From Raillietiella orientalis (lineage: Eukaryota): a stretch of DNA of 64,000 bases. Below the pieces are notes generated by a model, which was not told the DNA's origin, ran no database searches, and worked only from the letters and a program-made list of their open reading frames with translations. A program made the position numbers and the translations under genes. Location: the NCBI GenBank assembly GCA_036172245.1, contig JAYWIR010000001.1, positions 186,001-250,000 on the forward strand, read 5' to 3'. Shown here in pieces: positions 36,896-50,380 of this stretch (its first letter is position 1; every line of letters begins with the position of its first letter).

Positions 36896-39519
36896 TTGGT
36901 CTCTTCCTCCTTCTTCGCCATGTTCCTTTCGGGGCGGCTGCCAAACTCTCGGGACGGCAGGCAGGCGTCGAGCCTGACAAATGGACTTCCATTTCAGATC
37001 ACCAGGTGCGCTTTTAAGCCGCGTCGCTCAATTGGTTGGTTCGAGGCCACCAGCCTCCCTCCCCCCTTCCCCCCACTTTGCTTGCGCCGACCCTTCAACG
37101 CGGGCGGAGATGGGATTTCGAGCACTCTAGGATGGAAGGAGCGCGCTCCAGAGATTCCTCTCGTATCCTCCTTCTTTCCGTTCCTCAACATTCCAAGATA
37201 CCATGCCGTGGATATACGGATGTCTCCACGAAAAACACGAGGAGGAGGAAGAAGAAGGGATGGGGGAAGAGGAGAAAAGGAAGAGGAGAAGGAGGAAAGG
37301 ATGAGGAAGAGAAGACAACGGCGACGACGAGGTCTCCACGAAGCATTCCGCTCCTACTTCCAACAGGCCGGGGTCTTCTTGAAAAAGCTACAGAGGGAAA
37401 AGAAGAGGGTTTTAGGCTCGGCGAGTTCTACGGCAGAGACGACAGCCATTTGAAAGAGCGCGCGTCCTTCCAGCAGGACGGGCCGACCGGGACGCTGGCG
37501 TTCCATTCACCGCTCTTGCTTTTTGACATTCTGCTTGAAGGGCATCCCGTTGCGTGTTGTGCCACGGACGGCCACCCTCTGCCCTTCCCGGGGATTCGCG
37601 GCAGATACCTCGAAGGCCCACCACCATGAACGCCCGGCTTCCGCCTTTTGGAGCACTCCTGCGACCGCCGGCGCGGCCTTCTTCCTTCGACCGATCCTTC
37701 CCGCCAGCCGCTGTGATGGGAGACCTCCCTGATGGCTTCCTTGAAGCACCAGGGAGGCCGGCGCTTGCGGAAACCTCCCGCGAGTTAGAAGGAGGAAGGA
37801 CATCCGGTCTTCCCACGACGTCAGCAGCTGGAATCCCCAGATCAGGCAGGGTAAATGCGTCCGAGCCCTTCCTGGAGGAAGAGGCGCCTCGAGCGAAAGA
37901 GAGTTATGCGTTCTTTCCATCAGCACACACATGCAACACGTGCTCTTGCACATATTTAGCGGTTCGTTCGCACGTCTTCGTTATCCAAGAAGAGCACGAT
38001 GACGCGCCGAAGCCGATCCCGAAAAAATATTCGGTCATCCTTCATCTCTCCCCGTCAGTGCACTTCATGACTGTTAATCAAAGGGTTTTCCTCGGAGCAG
38101 CAGGGATCTTTTGCTGGTCGCGTGTCGGAACTTCGGCACTCAGGAAGATAACTCACGTATCGTTTACCAGCGAACGAAGCCCTCCGTCACTTAGCAACCC
38201 GCCTCTCGTTCGAGTCCTCTTGCTGCCGTTCCTCTTTAGACGCGCGCAGAGAGAGGAGGAGGAGGAGGAAAAGGTTCCATTCATCTCCTCCACGCATAAA
38301 TTCATTTTCTCCGGCATAAATTATTTTCAGCTGTTGCCCTTCCTCGAGCCATGAGACCAAGCAAGATCCCCACCCGGATGACAGTGGACCCCATTCCAGC
38401 TGAAATATTGGCCTTCACGTGTTCGGAACTGGCGAAGACCCAGTCCGCCCTCTGCATGAAGCACTCTCCAGGCTTTGACCTTTTTCCCAACACTTCGCTC
38501 TCCAAGAGAAGATCAGTCCGAGGAGCTTCCGGGATGGCTGGCCAGCAAGAAGGCAGCGGACCGAGCTCTGTTGGTTCTCCTCCTTCCGTCCCGCGAGGGG
38601 CTTCCGGGTCGCGAGACCCGGACGACCCGACGACGGGCGAAAGGGGACTTTCGCAAACTCTTGAACGCTTGCAGGTCGACCGTGGCTGGACGCTCAGTGG
38701 TCGACTCCACGCGTTGGGGCTTCCCTCCTTCCATCAGAGCGACCTCTGGCACAATCCAGATGACGCGGGGCTGGCCACACTGCGTCTTGGTCCTTCCGAT
38801 TGACCCATTTCTCTTTCTCGGGGAGGCGGGAGGGGGGCATCCCCGTCCCCCGAGACGAGCGCCGTCTGTTTTGGCTGTTCCCTTGGAAGCGCAAGTGTTC
38901 AGGACGATGGTGACGTGCCATGGCCCCCAGTGCACTCCCTCAAACACCGCGAGCTACACGGCCTATCTCCTGGGGCAACCGGAAGCTGCTGAGAGTTTGA
39001 TGAATGCTCTCCGCCTATTTTTCCTTTCCTTTCCCTTTTCTTTCTTTAAAAAATTTTTCATAGTTGCTGACCTTTCCGGTTCGATTTCTCGTGGATTACC
39101 CATCCTCCAACGTTGACCCTTCGCGCGTGCAGCTTCGTCTCAGGCTTGCGCGCATGCTGCGCACTTGGCAGCGACACGACCAAGGCGGTCACACGCTTTC
39201 CTGTAGGGAAGCGTAGGCGGGCCGCAGCGTTCCAGGCTTGAAAAAGCACCTCTCGGGAATCCCAGGCCGCCAGTTCAGGAGATTCTGCGCCTACGACCCA
39301 TCCCCTCCAGATGAAGAACCTCCCATCAGAGAACCGCGTCTCGCCCCAGTGAATGTTGCGGGCGCCCCAAAGAACACTGACCCCCGCGGCAAGCCGTCCC
39401 AAGGATGCCAAACAGGAAGCGTTCCTCCGAGGCTTTCAACTCTTACAACCAAGGTTCCATCCAGCAGCCTCAGCTACTCTGGGAGGATCCACCCCGCCAA
39501 CCTACTCCCACTTTCACAT

Positions 39520-40140
39520 CCACACCTAACCACACCCTACCCAGCTGAATCCCACCTGACCTGACCTAATCTCACACCCAAAACCCTACCCTACCCTGAT
39601 CTAACCTAACTCTTATTTACTCTAAATTGATCTGACCTGGTCTAACCCTCACCTCTCCTGACCTACCATAATTTAATCTCATACCCTTATCCTAAACAAC
39701 CCTAACCTAAAGTAACCTCGTCTCACACACCTTCGAACTTAACTCGAACGTAACCTACCCTAAATTGACTATCGCCCACCCCATCCTACCTCACTCCAGC
39801 CTCATCTCCCTTAAACCAACCTGCCAAACCTGACCTCACAAACACCTTACTCTACCCAAACCTAACCTAATTCAATCTGCCCTACCCCACCTTACCACAC
39901 CTACCAAACTCTGACTCAACATACCAAACCCGCTACACCCTACCCCACCCTAAGCTATCCTACCTTAAATTAACACCACACAGCCTAACCCTAACCGACT
40001 TAAAGTAAACTAACCTCACACACCCTACTGTACCCTATCTAACCTACCCTGGGTGTATCCCACCTTATCTAACCTAACCCTGCCCTATCTTAATCTCACA
40101 TATCCTCACCGCACCCCGCCGTCCTCTCTCCACCCTAATC
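39520..40140. repeat. Degenerate pentamer array (CCTAA/CCTAC/CCTGA)
   Basis: G-poor, C/A-rich strand with ~5 nt periodicity, e.g. CCTAACCTAA, CCTACCCTAC, CCTGACCTGACCTAA. Confidence 0.8.
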
Positions 40141-41641
40141 CCAGCCTTCTCACACTCTTCCAAAAGTTTTCCAAATATCCGAGTCTCTCTACACTGTTAA
40201 ATGAGAAGGGAAGAGAGGGAGGAAAGGAAGAGGAGGAAGAGGAAGTATAGCAGAGCTGCTTTCGTCTTGCTCTTCCCTGACCGTTTCGAAGGACCCACTA
40301 CCAAAGCAACTCCGCTCGTTGCCGCGGAAACATCCCGGGTGGAAAGGAGAGGACCCCTCGCACGCTTGGCAGATGAGACTTCTTAACAAGGATTGTGGCG
40401 CAGGGCGTGGGAAAGAAGCGGGGAGCGGCGCCGTGGAGGCGTCGTACGTCGGATTCCGGCGCGCCTCCCGTACGAGCACTCCCAGGACTAGGTCGCCACC
40501 GAAACAAGCGCCGAGTGCGTCCTGTGTTGCCTGGTTACGGTCCCGAGCGGGGCTAGGCGGGGCGTGGAGGAAAGGGGCCGCGCACGAGGCGCCGTCGCCC
40601 CCGTGCGGGCTCTCGGCTTTGGCGACGGAGATGCGAGGGGAATTGCTGGAAGGGACGGCTTTCGGACCCCATGGAAGGGAAAGAGGAAGCGTGAGGAAGG
40701 GGGTAACGCCCGGGCACCTGAAGGTGGAGGGGACGCTGCAGCGCGAGGCGGAGGCGGCGACCGGGATGGCGGAGTGTGAGCGTCTCCGGGACGCTAGCAG
40801 GCGCGCGCGAGCTCGTGCCCGCCCCTGCGGATACACCACCGCGCGAAGAGGCGGGGAGGAGGAGAAGCAGCGAGGGAAAAAGGGGAAGAGAAATAAAATG
40901 GGAGGAGGAAGCGGGGAAGCCGCCGCCGCTGCCGCTCGGGCGGTCGCTTTTCTTCCTCTCCTTCCTTTTCCCCCCTTCCCTGCAGTCGCTGGTGCCTCCC
41001 CGCGCGCGCCGCCCTGCGCACGGATCCGCGCCGCCACCCAAGAGGAGGAGGAGGGCACCCCGGCCCGCGGCTGCGAGATTCCCCTCCTTCTGGGGGAGAG
41101 GAGAGAATCCCCGCCCCTTGGCCGCGCATCTCCTCGTCCACCGTGAGTACCCGCGCCGCTTGCCTGCTCGGATTGGGTGGGATAGAGAGGACCCGAGGGA
41201 CAGGGGCCTGCTAAGGGGGCATGTAGGAGGGACTCCTGACCTCCCCGAGGTCGTCTGCGGACCAGGGACGACCCCGCAGAAGCGCAACGAGTTGCCCCCC
41301 ACGCCCGTTCTCGCAACTGATCCACTCGAGAAGGGGGGGGAGACGAGAGGAGGAGGAGACGATCCTCACGGCCGCCGCCGCGTCCGCCGAGCGGGAGAGG
41401 ATGAGGGTCAGCTGTGCAGCTATGCCTCGCGAGTTGACTGTCTCTTCCTTCCTGCTTTCCTCCTCCTCCTCCCTTCCCTTCCTTTTCCTCCTCCTTCCCC
41501 CTGGGACGTTTCTACGGCAACGAGCTGGGGTGCGTCTCTCGCAGTTACCTTGCCGGCCCTCGGCAGCGCTCCGAGGCGCGCCCAGGAGCGACTGGCCTTT
41601 GATCCTGTGCAAGCGCTCTGGGAAAGATGCTGCTTGCTCAG

Positions 41642-41770
41642 GAGTTTGGCAGGGACGCCCCTCAAGTACCTCAATGTCGCGCGGAACGGAGCGGTCCGGG
41701 TGCAGGAAGGGAGCTTGCTGCACGCGTGGTGCCCCGCGGACGTCCTCGTCGACCTGGAGAGCCTCGCTGA
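41642..41770 (+). pseudogene. Leucine-rich-repeat-like coding fragment
   Basis: After ttgctcag the frame reads SLAGTPLKYLNVARNGAVRVQEGSL, fitting LxxLxLxxN. Only one repeat is visible. Confidence 0.3.
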
Positions 41771-44700
41771 CCCTCCCCCCCCTACGAGGTGGAGCGGTCC
41801 ACCCCCATGCATGAGAGTGAGGCAGGGAGGGAGCGACGTCGGCTGCCGCCGATCCTCCGGGTGCGGCGGGAGCCGTGCGTTCCGCTCCGGCTGCCCGTGG
41901 AGCAAGTCGCACCTAGGAATCCTTAGGGGTATGGGGGAGAAGCATCCGTGGTCTCCCGTTTATTTCCGTTAGTTTTCCCGCACCGCGGCTTCACGTCGCG
42001 GGTCCCTCGGCAACCCGTGAGCTCCCCCTCGATGCCGACACCAACGCCCCGATTCTGGAAATTTCGGTGCGCCCCTCGGGGTCGCCCCGATCGCCGGCTC
42101 CTGCAGGATTTCGATGTCTCCCCTCTCCTTCCGCCTGGCGATCCTTTCCTCTCACGCGAGGTCCCTGTCAGTTACCAGGGAAACGCTGCTCTCTCCGAAG
42201 GAGCGACGGGAGGAGCACTGTCAGCGCTAACGGGCTTTCTCGTGACGCCGTCTCTTTGGCAACGCGGAGGCCAGCGCCTTCCGTCCGATGCCGGGAGGTC
42301 GCGCATGACCTCCCAGCGCCCCGACAGGGGGTTCTCCAGATGATCTTTGCCCTTCACCTCCGCCTCCCGCAGCGAGCCGCCTTTTGTCGGTGGATGCACG
42401 CGTGGTTGCTCGGGAACCTGAACCCGGGGTGGACCCACTCGCGACGGGCAATCTGGGACAGGGGCAGGGGGCAAGTCTCGGGAGATTCCGAAAGGCGCAC
42501 CTCCGGTCCTTAAACGGTGGCACCACGGCTGTTCGACTGGTTCTCCCTTTCACAGCAGGTGCCCGCTCCTTTCTTCTTCCTCCTCCCCCTCTTCCCTTCC
42601 TCTTCTGATGAGTGTGTGCCACGAAGGATGCAGAGCCCGAGGGTCATGTTCCCGCGTCCAACCTCGGCTCGGTTTTGCTGAGACCCGCAAGCATCGGATG
42701 GCTCGTAGCCGACTGCGTCCCCGAGGTCGCACGCGCTCCGAGAACGCCCCCGACCTCTCGTCTTTAGTGGGCAGCCCTCGGGGGCAGCTGCGGCTGCAGC
42801 GCGGTGGTCGAAATCACGCTCCTCTTCCTCCGACGCTCCAGCAAGCAGCAATGAATGGACCTTATCGAGCACTTTCGTCAGGAAGCTCCCGGCGCGCTGA
42901 CCGTTCCGCACGGAAGGATCGAACGGAGAAGAGGACTCCGACTAACGCGAGACACGCCTTGGAGAGTCACTCCGCGGGCGGTTTCGATTTGGCACGACGA
43001 CCTGCGTGCATACACGAGCGCATCTGCCGCGTGTCTGTGCATCTGTCGGTGTACACACATGGGGGATGCAGGGTCACCCGGATGCATGTGGTAGACGAGG
43101 CGCGGACACATACAAGAATCGGAATCGATCATCCATGCGCAAGTGTATATACATACGTATGTGCGTGTGTGCTTTACAAACGCACGTGTGAACGCTGCTG
43201 AATATGCACGCATGCACGGGGAGGACATGCGCATGCAGCATGCAGCGTTCAGCATGCACGGAAGTGTCAATGGTGTGGCTTCGTACACAGGAGATTCCTG
43301 TATAAGGCGGAGGAAACGTCCCCGCGCCATGTGGATCCGCGTTATACGAACCCTGCGGGTAACACGCGGATCCACTGATGGTATCTGCCAAAGATGGGAG
43401 GCGCGTCTTTCCGGGTTGATCCGCTGGAGCGGCTCCGTCGTTCTGTTTGCTGTAAGACGCATCTCCTTGCGCCATTTCACCCACAAGAGTTCTAATGAAA
43501 GGGCATGAAGAGCCACTGGAATCACGCGCCGGGCTGGAAACCAAGCCGGTCTGGCATCAGGTCAGAACCCCCCGACCGACCACAGAGCCCGTGCTACGGT
43601 CCTCCACGGGAGGGCATCCCGTCGCCTCGTACCAACGCGACTGCTTCCGGGGGATTCCCATCGCACGGCCACGAACTCTGCGACGAACCCGAAGGGTTCC
43701 TTCCGCGCGTGCTCGTTCGAGCCTCTCGCGGGCGTGCCGCGAAGGACGGGCGCTTCCCCGCGTGCCTCCGGACTTGGCTGCTCAGGGGAGTGCACGTCTC
43801 CTGAGCAGTCTTGCCTTCTGGTTCCTTTCGAAGTCGTCCCGCTGCTCCGGCGGGCTCGCCGCTGGGTGGCTGCCGGATGGAAAGGGAACGGGCGACGCCA
43901 GCAGGTGGCGTCACCCTCCTCTCACGATCTCATCCTCCGGAAGGGACTCGAACCGGTCCTTTGGAAAAGTCTTCCCGGGGGAAGTGTCCGTTTCTCTTGC
44001 TGAACCGGAAGGACCGCGAAGAGTACGTGGCGGCACTGGAGCCAACGGAGGAGGCACTCTGGCTAACTAACGGGCATGCCCTCGTGGAAAGACCACGCTT
44101 CAGAGTGGACATCAGCCGCGGATCGCCTCCGGTCCGGAGTCACCTGAAGGGTGTGGCCTCGGAAAACCGGCGGCAGCGTCTTCCACCTCTCGACGGGACC
44201 ACTGACGACTCGGCTGCCGCTGGACTTTGCCGTGCGTGCTGAGCCCCATGGCATGTGTCCAGAGGGATGCTCAACGGGTTGGTTGGTGGGAATCCGCGAA
44301 GGCACGCGGGAGGTACCCTCGAGGATGAAGGCACGGCCTGCGCGTCTCTCGCCTTGGGCCTTCCTTGGTCGGTAGCCCTCTTGTCGGGCGATTGGCCCCT
44401 TCCGCCAGGCGATCTGCGACGGCCACGTTTGTTGGAGTCCCCCCGATATGAGGTCGATTGCCAGACGGCTTCGGGTCCAATCCTTTTAGGATGAAATTCG
44501 CTGGCCCCCTGGTAACCATCCCTCTCCCCTGCGCCCGGTGGAGGCAACTTCCCTCCCCCTTCTGCCCCTGTGAGGTGGGGGGATGTACCGCGCATCCCAG
44601 AGTCCGACTTCCCCCAGAAACCTCCAAAGGCCGGAGGGACTCTAGAATAGACTAGGTGCAGAAGCGGGGCACAGGGGTGCCGCCAGCGCCCCAAAGTCTC

Positions 44701-44777
44701 CTTCCGCTACCGAGGCTCACCGACGGAACGACCTTTCCGGTCACCAGGCAACGCTGCCCTCCGAAATTCTGAATGAT

Positions 44778-45912
44778 CGAAATCCCGAAAGTTGAAATCT
44801 CAAACGACCACAAAAAAATGTACTATGTATGTACATATATACCATGTACCTTCCTGTATATCATGTGTGTTAATGCATATTTTGTACGCTAATATAGATC
44901 ACGTACAAGGATATATATCATGCATGTTAATATATCTCACGTACACTGACATATGTTATGCATGTTAATACATATTTTGCATATTAATATATATCATGTT
45001 CTTGATATATATCATGCACATTGACGTATATATTATGCATATTAATATATATTAAGTACATTGGTGTATGTTATGCACATCATGTTTGTTTATATATGTT
45101 TTGTAAATATTACATATATCATTATGTCTTGTGTATATATTTCCTATATTAATACATATTATGCATATACTAAGATACAAATGTATTTTAACATACACGC
45201 ATGTTTATTGCCATAAATACTTCTAATACGATTAATGCAATTAACAATATGTATTATTGATGTAATTAATACGAACAATCCTATACATTAATGTGTATCA
45301 TGGATACATGTATATGAAAGCTTAATGTATATATGAAGATGTATAACCCGAAATAATTATTGTTAATTATACTAATTTGTATATTAATACATATGTATTT
45401 CAAAAGGTGTGTAATCACACTGATTTATGGATTATTTGTATATTAAATTAGTCACATTAATTGGGTTTCAGCAAATATGCATGTACATATTAAATATACA
45501 ATACGCACGTATTAATTAATAATTAATTTAATATGCACATTAATACGGTTAATGTAACAAATATAAATTTAATATTTATACATGCATCAATTAATATGTA
45601 AACCAGTGTGATTGATTTTTGAAATGTGTATGTTCATATGATTCATTTGTATCTTAATATATGTGTACTCATATCCAAATTGGTGTAATTAAAAAAAACT
45701 ATTTCTGATTATATATCATATAATATATTTTAATGAGTATTGTATCATATATAAAATGCAATGTACAGTACATGTTAATTATATATATGTTCATTCATGC
45801 ATTGCATGTAATGAATAATAATCATATGTATAATGTAATGTATAATGTCTAATTTGCATATGTATAATGTATAGTGAACACGTATTTGTCGCGGTCGTTC
45901 GGGATTTTGATG
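44778..45912. repeat. AT-rich block family member
   Basis: Ends CGAAATCCCGAAAG and TTCGGGATTTTG in inverted orientation. Confidence 0.7.
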
Positions 45913-46094
45913 CAAACGCGATCCAGAGTGTAGCCGTGGGCTCTCTCTTCGCGGAGCGGTCAGAAGGTGCATTTCGGTTGCGCATCTTTGCGTCCCTCGA
46001 GCGAAGCAAAAGAAAAGCAAAAACCTTGCGGGGGCGCCGCGAGACGGGGAAGCGGCCCCGCGCGACCCGGAAGGAGGGCCGCGGGACGGAAGGG

Positions 46095-46260
46095 ATGCGA
46101 GGAGGACTCGGCGCGCACTCGGCTCCGGATGCGGCGCATCTGGAGCAGCCGACCTTCCCTCAAATCTGGGGGCTAATCTTGATCTGCTCCCTGCGGTGTA
46201 CCGCGGGGCGCGCGCTTGACGAACGTTCCCCGTCGCGGACGGGGCCGTGCGCGGAGGCAG
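46095..46260 (+). CDS. Candidate signal-peptide first exon of paralog B
   Basis: MRGGLGAHSAPDAAHLEQPTFPQIWGLILICSLRCTAGRALDE has a short hydrophobic core in a GC-rich block upstream of Ig1. The required phase-1 join needs a non-canonical GC donor (G|gcaggt at 46260), so this is weak. Confidence 0.3.
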
Positions 46261-47596
46261 GCAGGTCGTTCTCTTTCTCGAGGTCTTCTCGGAGGGAGGT
46301 CCTCCGAGAAAAGCGAAGCTGCCGCTCTTCTGCCTCCTTGACCTGGAACGCCCCCTGCAGCTGTCTCCCGACTTCCCCAGGCGTTTCCTCTGAGGCAGTT
46401 CACGGAGGCTGCCTCGATGTGCTTCGAAGGCGGAGTCAGCGGTGGCAGAGTTCCTGAAACCAGCCGCCGCCTTGGGGGTTTCTTGTCGGCTGACTCCCCG
46501 CTGCCCCTGCGGGTGCGAGCACGGCGCCATCGTTTCCAGTCGTCCGGAGTGTTGCTTTTCGAAGCTCGCCCGGAGCGCTGGAGGTACTTGGTTTCGACAC
46601 CAGCGGGATACAGGGATGCAGTCTCCTTCCCTCTGCTTTCGCGCCATCCCTTCGGGGTGCAGGAAAGCACCGCGCGTCCTTGGACACGAGGCGCCACCCG
46701 GCCTCGATTTCAAGCCTCACCCTACGCCGGGCGATTCCTGAAGCACGCGGACGATTCGCCCTTCCCCGCCCCACCCCTTCCTCAACCTAGGAACCGCGGA
46801 GACACTTTCGCGGTGGAAAGGAGGAACGCCTTCAAACCGACTTCCGCTTTCGATCTGCGCTCTTCCTGAAGAGCAATTCAATCCCGAGACCTCGTTGAGA
46901 TAAAGGTCGTTTGGTGCCACCTTTCTGCCGTGGGTACGTGCATCGTCCGTTGTTCCCGTTCGTCTTCGAAAGTTCGCAGTTATTCGCGACGATACATGTA
47001 CTGTACCATCGCGAAGGTGAGTAACTGCATGAGATCAGACAAAGACTAAAAGGGCGCCTGCGCTAAGCAGGTCAGTCATAACTTGTGATTTATAATAATG
47101 ATATCCACAAACTGATTGCATCCTTTCACGAGGACACGTGTTGGCTTCTTACAAGCGTCCCTACGAAGACTTCGTAGGGACACCTGGAGTGCCTTTTCGC
47201 ATTTCACGTGAGGACGGCGCAACTCTCTTGCTTGCGTCGTGTCCCTAGAAAACGAAATCAGCCTCGCCCTCGCTTCTGAAAACGTCCCCAGAGATGGAAG
47301 CATCCTTTAAATGTGCAGTCTGCTGCACTTCATCTTGATGAGACCGACTGGCGATGCGCACAAAATCTTGCAATGCCCCCGCATGGGAGGGGGGGGGGTA
47401 AAAACACCAACCAGAAACGTCACCTACCAAACGCCCCCTACCCTTCCTCCACAGTTCCATACCCACCGGTGTACTGCAAAGCAATCGTGTATACAATCGT
47501 TTCAGCGTTGTACGAGCGTTTCCCGATGCCGCACATCCGATCCAAATACAAATAAAGAGCCTCGTGCCAACCACGTGAAAAACTGCTACATGTTTG

Positions 47597-47855
47597 AAAG
47601 AGTCTTCCCAGTTTCAAAGGAAAGGTGGTTTGCATCACTGATGACATTTTTACATCCACTCATTAACGTCTCTTTGGTAAAGTGCAGTGCAGTTCTCTTT
47701 GGTGACCTCTTGCGCGCGTCCTCGATTAAACCACAGTAACTCTAATTGTGGCTTGTGGATGCGGAGAGGAAACGGGTGGCATTGCCATAGCCATCTGGGC
47801 CCTCTTGATACGACCACGCGGAGACGCTTTCCTTTTGAAACTGGGAAGACTCTTT
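47597..47855. repeat. 28-29 bp inverted repeat pair, MITE-like
   Basis: AAAGAGTCTTCCCAGTTTCAAAGGAAAG (47597-47624) versus its reverse complement at 47827-47855, with one indel. Confidence 0.6.
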
Positions 47856-48398
47856 TAAGCAAATGCCCTCGTCCGATATTCTCCAACACGAGTTCAAGTA
47901 CCGCCCTTTTGGCACGTAGGAAGAATCCATCTAGAAAACTGTCTGGCTTTGGAGAATGTCTGGCTTAGACATTTCGAAAGCAAGATGGCGCGCGGCCGGG
48001 TACAAGTGCCTTCCGCATCACAGATGAAAAAACTAAGGATACGAATTTACCCGTTTCACTTGCTCTTGCGGTTCTCTGCTACCGTCGGGAAGGTCTGGTC
48101 CCCAAATATTCTTTGCTAAGTGAGTTGATTACGGGAAAGAATTTGACCTTTCGGAGCAGCCGAAGGCATCCCACATTGTACGTCCCGAACTGCCGTGTGT
48201 CATTGCAGTTCTGGAATTTCAGCAAAATCAGAAAACTTGACTTTTGTGTGGGTGTGCCATCCTAAGAAAATCGCATGTATGCCGGAAACGAAACACTACA
48301 CACAGGTTCATGCTTATACTAAGCGCGGTGCACAGAACCGTTCCTACGTACCTCCATTTTTGAAATTCGTACCGTGTGTGGTCTTCGCAAGGCGCCCA

Positions 48399-49090
48399 CC
48401 GAAATCCCGAAAGATCATAAAAAATAATTATATGTGCTTCTTACGTATGTTTTCACATAGATTAATACACATATTTATTTAAACGTGCATACTGATAGAT
48501 ATAAATATTGTTTTAAGACATATATTCGTTGATATTTATTAACATACATATTGTTATCGTGATTAATAATATGTATGTTAAAAATTTTAATAAATAAATA
48601 CATATATGTTTATATAATATATATCATAATAAGGATTAGAAAACATAAATTGAAGATTATAAATATAAATATATTTGTTTAAAATAAATATATATGAAAA
48701 GAATATATCAAATTCTCAAAAATAAAAAATAATGGCGACAATTAAAGATGGAGGGAAAAAAGTATCTGCAAGAAACATATGTGTTGCCAAATATTTAATA
48801 TGCAAGGTGAAATAAATTTGCATATTAATCCATATATGAATATACGATAGCAAGCATACATATTAATGCTTTATAGTTTTTATCGTATCCATATGTATAA
48901 TAAACATATAAATTTATTTTTCATGATCTTTAATGAATATATGAATGCACATTATTAATTACATCAATAATACGTATGTTTCTAAATATTTATTAGTGTG
49001 CATGTTAAAATAAATTTCTACACTAATACATATAAAATGAGGATATTATTTTTTGTGATCTTTGGAGATGTCAGCATTCGGAATTTCGAA
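48399..49090. repeat. AT-rich block family member
   Basis: Left end CCGAAATCCCGAAAGATCATAAAAAATAAT; right end ATTATTTTTTGTGATCTTT..TTCGGAATTTCG. Confidence 0.7.
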
Positions 49091-49649
49091 CCAGACGCGT
49101 CTCAAGAAGTCGGTGAACTCCTTCCTGTGTACCTGGAAGGTGACGATTCGAAAATGCTCCACTCCGAAGATGTCTCTCTATCCTCTTTTCCATCAGGTTT
49201 CTTTTAATGGAAATCGCTGCGGCATTCGCACATTTCCCGTTCGCTCACGTGCAACCACCGACGTTTTCACTGGATATTGTTTTAACTCACAGGAAGAAGA
49301 GAGAAAAACAATAATAGAATAAAGCGATCCTTTCACCTAAAAATGATTTCATCTTCCAACTTTATTACCGTTTCCTTGGAATGTCCGCCAGAACTGCTTG
49401 GGATGTTTGCGAGAGGGGACAGACGAACCAAGTGGCGTTTTTCTCGATGCTACCTTTCGGGCATTCCCTTTAGCGGCCGGGTGGCCAGTCGTGGGGCGAG
49501 AAAGTGCTGCTTGCCTTTTGCAGCTGGGATTGCATGCTGACGACATTTTTTTTTCCTCCTCCTCATTTCCTGTTTTCGAATTTTCAGATGGAAGCCAAAT
49601 AACAGAAGTCTTGTTTGTGCGGTCCACCTGAATTTATCTGCGCACCCAC

Positions 49650-50380
49650 CGACATTAATGTTGTTTATGCCTCAAGACCCATGAGGTTCGCATGGGCGCT
49701 CATCGCTTTTCTGTGCTCGTGCAGATCTGCGGGCGTTCGAGGTACGGAGGGAAAAAAATATTCCCAGGTTCACAGAATTGAGGAAGCTCGTGGTGCTGCC
49801 AATCCGACTCGCGAAGAATCCAAGGTGTTGCTGCTTCCCCCTTCCCCGTTCCTCTTTAACGGTCCGATACAGGGTCCAAGAAGGTGCTTTTCTTTCCCGT
49901 GTTCGCTTTCTTTCTCGTAGCTTGGAGACGCCTACTTTTAGAAACGACCAAGCTGTCTCCAGACGAGGCAAAGTAAACAATTTACAGCTGTGGGCTTTGC
50001 TCGAAATGCCTTCCAAAACATCTTGGGTTTATGGCATATTCTTCTTCGCTAATTACCATCTTCCAGTGCTCCTCTTCGCCTTTCCTCGCCTCATGTTTAG
50101 GTCTGATTGTTTTCGGAGACTGCTCTCAAGCATCCCTGGATGCTTCTGAGCACTGAAATGAGCATCGCTGGCTGTGTGTTTGTGCTCCTTCCAGGCACCT
50201 CTGAGAGTCAGGACGCCTTTCGTTCAACTAATGCCTCTTCTTGCATACAGTATGCCACTTCATTCAGGGGTGCCGCTGGTTTCACCACCCTCCCTTTTTC
50301 GACTCTGCTGTCCCCCTTCTCCGCCCCTTCTCACAGCGCACCAGGGGCGACCTTCGAGTCCACTAAAAGTTAGGCATCCT
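49650..50380 (-). mobile_element. Decayed LINE ORF2 linker fragment
   Basis: EARKGEEEHWKMVISEEEYAINP, then a frameshift into KMFWKAF, resembles the AK...W...NPK.FW motif between the endonuclease and RT domains. Confidence 0.35.

Noticed and set aside
37300..38960. Protein-like minus-strand snippets (e.g. FRDRLRRVIVLFLDNED)
   Set aside because: Could not be chained into a consistent spliced frame or assigned to a family.
42605..42630. Hammerhead-like CTGATGA-GTG..CAC-GAAG
   Set aside because: GAAG instead of GAAA, and no stem III or cleavage triplet geometry.
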